DNA from: an uncultured Bacteroides sp.
GTDB taxonomy: Bacteria > Bacteroidota > Bacteroidia > Bacteroidales > GCA-2748055
Reading direction: 5' to 3'
Assembly (NCBI GenBank): GCA_964500835.1
Contig: CAZCQL010000014.1
Location: 3,029-67,028, forward strand
Length of the DNA: 64,000 nt
Part shown: positions 17,657 to 26,055 of the stretch, in pieces
How positions within the stretch are numbered: position 1 is the stretch's first letter
Layout: each line of letters opens with the position of its first letter
Made by a program: the position numbers and the translations under genes
The notes under the pieces: generated by a model
What the model saw: the letters and a program-made list of their open reading frames with translations, nothing else
What the model was told of the DNA's origin: nothing
The model's database searches: none

Positions 17657-20632
17657 TTAGTCCCAACTCAGAGAGAGCCTAGCACCTCCGGCATGGTCAG
17701 TCATATCAATCCGGATCATATCTTTTGACTTTTTAAATTTGAACTTATCGCCTCTTGCATCAGTCAGTAAAAGTTTCTTTGAAGCCATCTCCTTGGTGAT
17801 GGGGATGCTCACTTTGGACTCTCCCTGTACAAATATCTGAATCTCTTTCAGATCTTTTTTCTCATCTTTATTCAGGCTAGACTGTGCCGAAATACCATCT
17901 TCGATATACTTGTTGATAATAGTCTGCGATGGGGCAAATGCAATTTTTTTCAATGGTGTGTCTGAGAAGTTGTAGACCTTCCCATCCATTTTTAGCTGGC
18001 GACAGTTTTCACCTTCAAAGGCGATTAACTCATTCTGATCATTCATCCTGAATGCCATGGTGAGGGTACCCTCAAAGCTTACCTCGTGGCCATTTAGCTT
18101 GAAGTTCTCCAGGGAGATCTCATCTGAAGGGAGCGGATTGGCCTCTAGTGCCGCTGCGTCGTCTTCCTCGTTCCGTGAGAAGCCTCCCGCCCAGGTCTCC
18201 CGGTGGCTGTTGTAATGTCTGACCAGCACTGTGGCTCCATTGGGAAAGCGTGTGGCCAGGTAGTTTGATGTGCGGGAAACATGTTCGGTATTGTCGTTTG
18301 CACCAGGAAAGGAACCGGTTGGTGGGTAGGCTCCCACGTGGTCCAGGATCTCAAAAAGTGTGCGTGTTTCATATCCAAGGCTACCCGATTGATCATCACG
18401 GGGTCGGAAACCGAAAAAATAGGCATTTCCTTTTCCCGTACCCACCAGAAGATTGTTGTCACAATAGGCCAGATTGGAGGTACTCTCCCCGGCTTCCACC
18501 GGGTATATCCTGTCCACCAAAAAATCACTCAGAATATATTGGGGTGGGATGTCTGTCATCTCATTGGTGAAATCGATCCGCATTCCGACAGCAATCCTGC
18601 CCTGTGGTTCCGGTGAAATGTATTTCACTCCAAACAGCGTTTCCCACTTGTTAAGACAATTTTCACCAGCGGCATTAATAATGGGTGGAGGGCCAAACCA
18701 AAGAGCATTTCCCCCTTTATTCGTAAGCTCTCCCATCATATCCAGCAAACCCTTATTTGGTAAGGGTTCAAACAAGGAAACCAGAGTGGTATACCTTTTA
18801 TCTTTAATCAGAATCTCTCCCATCTCATTGATGGTGGCCAACTCAAGCAATTTCTCTGCGGAGATAAAATTGCAATAGCCATACTGAGTCACCCAGCTTC
18901 CAAAACGTTCATCAACCGCCACCAGGTTCATGGGATAGAGTACCAGTACATCCACGTCCCTATGCACATGACCCTGGATCAGGTCAATGGTTCGGGAGCG
19001 GGGGGAACCTCCATAGGCATCATTGACGGCAGCTTTTCGCCGGGCTACCTTCCGAGGCATCCCCCAGAAAGCCGGGTAGGCATTTGGAATCCGGTTGAGT
19101 ACTCCCAGTGAAGTGGACATGGCGGCTCCATAGTAGTTCCGGTCGTTCCATCCAAGCTCTGCAAAGTCATTTCGGGTGGGTTCCAGGTATTCGCCCCATT
19201 TGAAGTAGTCGTAGCAGGCGGCGGCAGCTTGCTGCACGGTGTTCCCCCAAACAAAGTTAGGAGTATACTCATACTTATAGGCATGGCGGTCCAGATTCTC
19301 CAGGTTCCACATATCCACGGTAGGGCTCTCGGCCCAGGAGGAGTGTCCATGGGTTCCCCAGTCCTCCACACCAAAGAGCTCAGAAGCATATTCCTTTGCA
19401 TTCTTGAAGAGATCTACAATATATTCATTGAGCATGTAGTAATAGTTGTCCCTGAAGAGAAAAGATTTCTGGATTTCTTCTCGAGATTCTCCTCTCACAT
19501 ACTGAACATGCCGGGTGGCCATCACCGAATTGGAGTTGATATCGGGCCCACAGGCGAAATAGAGCAGATCTTTCTCTTCAAAAGGCACTCCAAAGCGCTC
19601 CTGGTAATAATTGCCCATGGAGGGGGTATAATACCTGACCGCCAGCTGACCATTGTCGTGGTGGCCGAAATAGACCCAGTCCTGCTGAAGGTGCATCTCA
19701 TCGGAATAGAAATGCTGAAGGTCAATCCCCTTATCTTTATATTTCTTCAATAATTGTTCCAGGAAGGGTTTTGCTTCCTGACTGAAATACTCCATCTCCG
19801 GGACATCGTATTCCAGCAGGACCATCACCCGGTCGTACCCTTCAAGTTCATCAGAACCCTTTGAAAAAACCTCTATGCGCCTGGCGCGATCCACATTTTG
19901 TCCCGAACCGGAAGTAGCGCTCCAGAGATCGGTGTCCATATCGGTATCGTCTACCGGAACGGGTATCTCCCACTGGGTATAATCTATATTGTTAAGCTCA
20001 ATGATATCCTTGCGGTCGACCGCCTTGAAAGAGCTGTTGGGCAGGTGGTTCTCCTTGAAAGCATAGGCTTTTACCCCTTTAAGTTTGATGGAAAATTTCC
20101 CTTTGTTATTGGTCCAGTACAGCTGCTGCCATAGCTTCACATGAAATTTCCCCGATTGAGGGTCGCGGAACCCTATTTTATAATGGACCCACTGCCCCGA
20201 TTCACCGGTCTGTTTTTTAAATGCAGGGCCCAATTCCAGGGGACTCAACAGGCTCAGTCCCATACCCATATCGTACCGGGCTGCAAACTCGGCAATGATC
20301 TTGATCTTATCCACATATTCGTCACTGTCTGGAGTCAACAGTCTTTCGGTACCTGACTGCTCCCTGTATTGCCTGAAAAACTCATCAAATGCGATGGTAA
20401 GGGTATGGTCACCCTGCTTCTGAGCGGATTCGCATATCTCCCTCAGACTGCCATACTGCTTATTAAACCCGGTTGATAAATCAATTTTCTTGTCCGGATC
20501 AAGCAGGTCGTTTAACTGCTGATCACTGGTGAGAATGATGGTGGCGGAATGTCCTGAAAACACTTGAAAAACCAGAAAGATCATCATAGGAACCCTCAGG
20601 TAAATAGCAACTCTTTTGGTCATGTTGAACAA
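17657..20632 (-). CDS. Large secreted protein of unrecognised family (991 aa); candidate novel carbohydrate-active enzyme
   Basis: Signal peptide (MMIFLVFQVFSGHSA). No motif of any family I know. It has a degraded paralog at 15..2270. It is flanked by a sulfatase and a GH106-like gene on the same strand. Confidence 0.85.
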   Translation of the reverse strand: MFNMTKRVAIYLRVPMMIFLVFQVFSGHSATIILTSDQQLNDLLDPDKKIDLSTGFNKQYGSLREICESAQKQGDHTLTIAFDEFFRQYREQSGTERLLTPDSDEYVDKIKIIAEFAARYDMGMGLSLLSPLELGPAFKKQTGESGQWVHYKIGFRDPQSGKFHVKLWQQLYWTNNKGKFSIKLKGVKAYAFKENHLPNSSFKAVDRKDIIELNNIDYTQWEIPVPVDDTDMDTDLWSATSGSGQNVDRARRIEVFSKGSDELEGYDRVMVLLEYDVPEMEYFSQEAKPFLEQLLKKYKDKGIDLQHFYSDEMHLQQDWVYFGHHDNGQLAVRYYTPSMGNYYQERFGVPFEEKDLLYFACGPDINSNSVMATRHVQYVRGESREEIQKSFLFRDNYYYMLNEYIVDLFKNAKEYASELFGVEDWGTHGHSSWAESPTVDMWNLENLDRHAYKYEYTPNFVWGNTVQQAAAACYDYFKWGEYLEPTRNDFAELGWNDRNYYGAAMSTSLGVLNRIPNAYPAFWGMPRKVARRKAAVNDAYGGSPRSRTIDLIQGHVHRDVDVLVLYPMNLVAVDERFGSWVTQYGYCNFISAEKLLELATINEMGEILIKDKRYTTLVSLFEPLPNKGLLDMMGELTNKGGNALWFGPPPIINAAGENCLNKWETLFGVKYISPEPQGRIAVGMRIDFTNEMTDIPPQYILSDFLVDRIYPVEAGESTSNLAYCDNNLLVGTGKGNAYFFGFRPRDDQSGSLGYETRTLFEILDHVGAYPPTGSFPGANDNTEHVSRTSNYLATRFPNGATVLVRHYNSHRETWAGGFSRNEEDDAAALEANPLPSDEISLENFKLNGHEVSFEGTLTMAFRMNDQNELIAFEGENCRQLKMDGKVYNFSDTPLKKIAFAPSQTIINKYIEDGISAQSSLNKDEKKDLKEIQIFVQGESKVSIPITKEMASKKLLLTDARGDKFKFKKSKDMIRIDMTDHAGGARLSLSWD

Positions 20633-20775
20633 TTATTCGGTTAAATAAGCTCAATATAAGCAGTTGTCAGGCGCGGGAAAATATACAAAGCGGGAATTCT
20701 TTTACACAATATGGCACAACACGTAAAAACAGTGGAATGTTGGATGAATGTTTTCAGGTTTATTCTATTATTTTT

Positions 20776-23631
20776 TCATTTCACATTTTGAGTTTCATGC
20801 ATAAAACTGACCGGCCCTTCTATTCCACAGGGTACCTTTTCTCTATAACTGGTCCATCTCCTGGCCACCGGATCATTCAAATCTATGCAATAGTTGGCGA
20901 GTACAGTGGTGTATATAATTTCCAGATTGTTTTTGCCCTCTTTCAGGTAGGGCTCAATGTAAAACAGGGCATCCCCATACCAATTTATACCGGCTTCTTC
21001 TCCGTTAACCATCACTTGTGTGACCCCCCTGTGTGTCTCTCTAATGTTCAGGTGGGTAATGTTCCCGGAATTTTTAAATGTGGTAGAATAGATGAGTTTC
21101 CCCGCAAATGAGTTCTGGTCAGAATCGGAAGATTTAGATAAGTCAATAAGCCCGGAAAGTTCCCACTGAAAATGGTTCCCATTCATATGTTCAGCCTTAA
21201 CAGTCCAGGATTGATCCAAATGACCCATTGCATACAACTTATTCTCAGACGGCAATGCATCTGCTTCTCTGGCTCCTGTCTCAAATACCAGCAGCAGCGA
21301 CCTAAGAGGTGGAAGGTCAATGTGGAGGTCCTTTTGCTCCTGTCCAACAGGATACCTCCATCTCTCACCGGTCTCAGGATCCCAAATACAGGCATTTCCA
21401 TTCGCCATAGGAAAACTGGCATCTATCTCGGCAGAATCTTTTCTGTGGACATTGGTAAAGAAAAATATGTCTTTGTCCCTGGCGGTTTGAAAGATCTGGT
21501 AAACATCGGGATCAGGGTTTGCAATCTCCACATCAGGCCTGATGGGAAGCTTTCTCAGCAATTCCCAGGTCCATTCATTGAGTGTAGAATGGTTTTTAGG
21601 AGCCACGGTCAAAAACACCTGGTCGGGATAATCTGCAATCAATTCAAGGAAGACCTGCGAGACCAGACTGTCATTGCTGTCAGCATCTTCCATATGTGCC
21701 GATCGCTCTGGTTTCCGGTCCACGATGAGAAGTGAACCCCCATTTTTGATAAATTCCGCAATCTTTATTGCAGTTTCAGGAGCCATGGACCTGACATCTG
21801 CAAGGATTAATGTTTTGTAGCTCATCGGTCCATAATCAATTCTACCGGAATCCACTGTGGAGTTCTGAAGTACCTTCTCATTGAGGTACTCCGATGAGTA
21901 GCCTGCCTGACTGATGGGTTGCCAAATGAGATGCAGGTACCAGGGTTCTGTATGAAAGGGTTGCCTGATTAAACCGACTTCGGACCATAGATCGGCTGTG
22001 GGGCCAAGGATGGCAATGGATTTCCTTGGCCGTGAATTTTGAAAAATATACGACAACCTGGCATTGTAATCCACCCAATGATGGAGGAAAGGCCACCAGG
22101 GATTTTGTTCACTGAAGTAAGTTCCGTACCTGACCCAGCCTGGAAATCCGGCCACCGGCGGTGAATAATTAAACCCATGAAGCACGGAATGGTTGATCCC
22201 AGTAATAAAATTCATGTCATCGTGTTGTTTGATCTCTTCGAGGGAGGCTTTAAATACTCCCCCGGTATTGGTCATGGCTTCACAACTGATTATCTTCCTG
22301 CCAGTGAGATGTCCCCCGGCAGCTGCGTACATATTCCATATCATGTATCCATGATCCTGGTTCCATACCCAGGTGGGAGCATCCATATCTGCTGAGTAGA
22401 TCCAGTTGTTGCTCTCCGGTATATCGGGTATCATATATCCCTCCAGCATGCCCATTAAAAAAGGTGTCCCGTAGGCCTGGTAACGACATTGCAATCCTTC
22501 TGAGGTACAGAATTCCTGAAAAACCTTCGTGAAATTTTTCAGAAAAACATCCACCAGCATCCGGTTAAAATCAAACCTGGCTCTTTTAACTCTGTCAACA
22601 AATTCAGCCGACTGATTGAATAATTCCAGGGTTGCGGTTTCGGTAGAAAATACAAAGGGCATATAGGGTTCAAGTGCATATCCATACCTCTCCTTGAAAT
22701 TATCCGAAAATCCATCTGACCAGTTCGATCCTGCCAGTTCGATGCTATCACAAAAGAGGGCCCTGATTAAGTCCGATAAAGGAATCCCCGTTTGTTCGGA
22801 GATGGTCTTCAGCCTTGAAAGGTAAGCAAGGGTCACCTCCTTCTTGTAGTGATCCATCACGGGTCCGGCTGCTCCCGGCGATCCATGCATGACTGTTCTA
22901 TGCCCCTTTTGAATAACTCCAAAACTAAGGATATAGGATTCTCCTGGATCAAGTGCCACATTCACGCTTCCATGCTTCTCCAAGTCAGTCATCAAATCGA
23001 ACATTTTCTCCTCCCCATCCAGGGGAATGCTCAAAAGGGAAGCGTAAAGCAATTTTGGAGGATACTTGTCTTTAAATCTGAAATGATTCCCACCGCTGCT
23101 CAAATCATGATTCAGTCTTTCAATGAGACCTTCAACTGATTCAGAAAGATGATCGCTTTCATGGATGTCGAACTGGTGGGGTATCACTATTTGAATGATT
23201 TCATCATCTTTCAGGAATTCTCCACCGAATGGCCAGCCAGAACCTACAATCAGGTCGGCAATCATATCCAATTCCCCAGCCTTGCTGCAGGCGTACACCA
23301 GTAAGTCAATCCACTTTTCACTCATCCAGATCAACGACTCCGCCCCTATCTCCTTTGAATCGGGAGGAAATGCAATGGGATTTATTTCAACCCCGCCAAA
23401 TCCTGCCTTCTTCAGAAGTTCAAGTTCACGGGTTATCTCCTGGCTCTCAATTTTGTTCCCGTTCCACCACCAACGAACAAAAGGTCTGGCCTCAGCCGGT
23501 GGATTCTTAAATCCCTCATATAAGTGATTGGAGTCGGGTGCTCCACTTTGACCTGTGCACCCTGCAAGGCAGGTCAGTATTAATATCATGATCCCATATC
23601 CGGACAGATAAATAGATACTCTTTTTTTCAT
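20776..23631 (-). CDS. GH106-like glycoside hydrolase (PF17132-type, probable alpha-L-rhamnosidase), lipoprotein
   Basis: Start taken at MKKRVSIYLSGYGIMILILTCLAGC (lipobox; ATG at 23631). The N-terminal block is FKNPPAEARPFVRWWWNGNKIESQEITRELELLKKAGFGGVEINPI. The C-terminus is a GH2-sugar-binding-like domain (VMVNGEEAGINWYGDALFYIEPYLKEGKNNLEI). Confidence 0.8.
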   Translation of the reverse strand: MKKRVSIYLSGYGIMILILTCLAGCTGQSGAPDSNHLYEGFKNPPAEARPFVRWWWNGNKIESQEITRELELLKKAGFGGVEINPIAFPPDSKEIGAESLIWMSEKWIDLLVYACSKAGELDMIADLIVGSGWPFGGEFLKDDEIIQIVIPHQFDIHESDHLSESVEGLIERLNHDLSSGGNHFRFKDKYPPKLLYASLLSIPLDGEEKMFDLMTDLEKHGSVNVALDPGESYILSFGVIQKGHRTVMHGSPGAAGPVMDHYKKEVTLAYLSRLKTISEQTGIPLSDLIRALFCDSIELAGSNWSDGFSDNFKERYGYALEPYMPFVFSTETATLELFNQSAEFVDRVKRARFDFNRMLVDVFLKNFTKVFQEFCTSEGLQCRYQAYGTPFLMGMLEGYMIPDIPESNNWIYSADMDAPTWVWNQDHGYMIWNMYAAAGGHLTGRKIISCEAMTNTGGVFKASLEEIKQHDDMNFITGINHSVLHGFNYSPPVAGFPGWVRYGTYFSEQNPWWPFLHHWVDYNARLSYIFQNSRPRKSIAILGPTADLWSEVGLIRQPFHTEPWYLHLIWQPISQAGYSSEYLNEKVLQNSTVDSGRIDYGPMSYKTLILADVRSMAPETAIKIAEFIKNGGSLLIVDRKPERSAHMEDADSNDSLVSQVFLELIADYPDQVFLTVAPKNHSTLNEWTWELLRKLPIRPDVEIANPDPDVYQIFQTARDKDIFFFTNVHRKDSAEIDASFPMANGNACIWDPETGERWRYPVGQEQKDLHIDLPPLRSLLLVFETGAREADALPSENKLYAMGHLDQSWTVKAEHMNGNHFQWELSGLIDLSKSSDSDQNSFAGKLIYSTTFKNSGNITHLNIRETHRGVTQVMVNGEEAGINWYGDALFYIEPYLKEGKNNLEIIYTTVLANYCIDLNDPVARRWTSYREKVPCGIEGPVSFMHETQNVK

Positions 23632-24117
23632 AGTTGGATTATTAATGTTTTTCTCAACTGTGTCAATCATTGTCAGGATATTAAGGACTCTCTCTTTAGA
23701 TTTCATTTTTTCAATCCTGATTGTGAATTGCAATTATTGGCTTAAAATATAAAAGAGCGTAGATATTGGCTAGTACAATGTAATCCTTTTGCTTATGAAA
23801 ATCAGATAAAGCAGTCCTTTTACATCTTACAATTCAGGTTTTACACTTTTTGAGCCTGATATAGCCGTCTCTATGTTGCATATTTGAGATACATTTGAAC
23901 TGTGCTCGCTAACCCCGTAGTAGAACTTCGGGGAACCGAGTTTACGAGCTCGGCAAAGCCAATGCGCGAGCGGGATTCAACAATGGATTCGTCACAACGC
24001 CCTTCTGCTTGTGTTCCAGAGCCTGTTTACTCACGGGTAAAATGACCAGAAATGAGGGACGCTAAGATTGCAGACACAATTAGAGTCCTCATTATCGGGC
24101 CTTTCAAGTCAGACCCT

Positions 24118-25995
24118 TCAAAACAGTGGCCAGTCCCTGATATAGTATCCATCACGGGTGGTGAGTTCCATATTCCTGATCTCAATGATTCCCTCTCCTG
24201 CCGAAGGCTGTAAACTAATTGTTTCTAACCTGCCCACTAGCGGCATCTCAATGCTGTACTGATGCCAGTGCCCATCATGATTTGTTTCAATAATCGATAC
24301 GTTCATATTTTCAACCGGTACAAACCCCTTGTCCATATATTTCTTGTAGTCGATATCATTCTGATCCTTCCAGAAGAGTCTGCCCTCCCCGGAACTGGTG
24401 GATTTCATCTCAAATGTAAACAGGAAAGTGTCATCAAAGACATTGGGGGTAAACACCGTTTCAACACTGGGTGCATTCCCGGTGGATTCTATTCTGAGTA
24501 CTTTATCTGAGACTGAGATTCGCGTATCGTCTGATCCATGCCAGGCTTCAGCCACATTTCCTTCATAATTCTGATTCAACTGTGGCAATAGAATTCCTGC
24601 CTCTTCTGCATGTTTATCAAGTTGAGTAAGCATCTCCCTCACTCTTTCAGGCTCCTCATCAACCAGGTTATTGGTCTCACCAATATCCACATCCAGGTTA
24701 TAAAGTTCATACCGGTGTTCCCGGTCCGGACCATCAAAGAAGAACTTATAGAAACGCCATGGACCATACCTCATGGCGATATTTGGTCGCCCTCCTGTAG
24801 CTGGTGTATAGTGGCAAAAGGTGGAATAAATGGGTTTACGAACATACTCCTTCTTCTTAAGGGCCGGGATATAGCTGACACCGTCCGTCAAGAAATCCTG
24901 ATCCAGGGGAATTCCAAGAAGTTCAAGCAGTGAGGAATAGTGATCCACTGTGGACACCACCACCTTAGATTTGCTCCCTGCCTTTGTTAAACCCGGTACC
25001 CTGACAATAAGAGGTACGCGGGTCCCGCCTTCATAATTGATACCTTTTCCGGCCCTCAGCGGATAGTTATTTGTGGGGGTAGTACCATCCGGTCCATCAT
25101 ACATGTTTCCCCCATTGTCTGAAGTGAAAATAATAATGGTCTCCTTATCGAGTCCCAAGGCTTTTACTTTATCTATTACCCTTCCAAAATTGGTGTCCAT
25201 ATTTCCAATCATGGCACCCATTGTGGGGCATCTTTGCTTATTTTCAGGAGTGATTTTCTCAGCATAGTATTCCTTCAAATCTTCCTTACCCTGAAACGGG
25301 GCATGCACATCATAGAACCAGAGGCAAAGCAGGAATGGATTGTCTTTGTTCTTTTCAATAAAATCAACTGCCAAATCGGTAACCACATCGCAAAGATGAG
25401 TACCTTCGGGAACCACAGGTAAGGTATTGCAATCCCAGGGGGCAAAGTAATGACCAGGTGGAGGCGGGCCAGGATGTTCCCTGCCACCAACAACGACATC
25501 AAAACCTTGATTTTCTGGTATATAAGGTTCTCGTCCCAGGTGCCATTTTCCCATAAAAGCTGTGGCATACCCCTCCTCTTTCAATACTTCTGCAAAGGTG
25601 ACATAGTCATTAGGCAGGCGTGTTCGGGACTGTGGTGTACCTGCTTTGTACCAGGGTGGTGCAATATCAGATTCTTCTGGATCGAGCACCACTTTTGCCA
25701 CATGCCCTGAAGGGGTGGTAAACCGCAATCTGCCGGGCTCCTGCCCGGTGAGAATACTTGCTCTGGTGGGAGAACAGAGGGGGCTGGCTGAATAAGCATC
25801 TGTGAAACGCATGCCCGAGGATGCAAAGTCATCGATGTTGGGGGTTTCATAAAGGTCAGATCCATAGCAGCCCAGGTCCTTCCAACCCAGATCGTCGGCA
25901 AGAACAAAGATTACATTCGGTTGCTCCGGAATCTTCTCACAGCCAAAAAGTGCAAGCAGGAGAAATCCGGTTAACGACAGAATTAGATTTTTCAT
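24118..25995 (-). CDS. S1-family sulfatase with ~150-aa C-terminal extra domain, lipoprotein
   Basis: Lipobox ALFGC, NVIFVLADDLG, and active-site C-S-P-T-R-A-S-I-L-T-G-Q. An additional C-terminal module follows the sulfatase fold (from ~aa 478). Confidence 0.93.
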   Translation of the reverse strand: MKNLILSLTGFLLLALFGCEKIPEQPNVIFVLADDLGWKDLGCYGSDLYETPNIDDFASSGMRFTDAYSASPLCSPTRASILTGQEPGRLRFTTPSGHVAKVVLDPEESDIAPPWYKAGTPQSRTRLPNDYVTFAEVLKEEGYATAFMGKWHLGREPYIPENQGFDVVVGGREHPGPPPPGHYFAPWDCNTLPVVPEGTHLCDVVTDLAVDFIEKNKDNPFLLCLWFYDVHAPFQGKEDLKEYYAEKITPENKQRCPTMGAMIGNMDTNFGRVIDKVKALGLDKETIIIFTSDNGGNMYDGPDGTTPTNNYPLRAGKGINYEGGTRVPLIVRVPGLTKAGSKSKVVVSTVDHYSSLLELLGIPLDQDFLTDGVSYIPALKKKEYVRKPIYSTFCHYTPATGGRPNIAMRYGPWRFYKFFFDGPDREHRYELYNLDVDIGETNNLVDEEPERVREMLTQLDKHAEEAGILLPQLNQNYEGNVAEAWHGSDDTRISVSDKVLRIESTGNAPSVETVFTPNVFDDTFLFTFEMKSTSSGEGRLFWKDQNDIDYKKYMDKGFVPVENMNVSIIETNHDGHWHQYSIEMPLVGRLETISLQPSAGEGIIEIRNMELTTRDGYYIRDWPLF

Positions 25996-26055
25996 GGTTA
26001 ATTAAGTTTGAAGTTAGTTTCAGACGCACCTTCATTTAAGAATAAGCCTCTTTTT

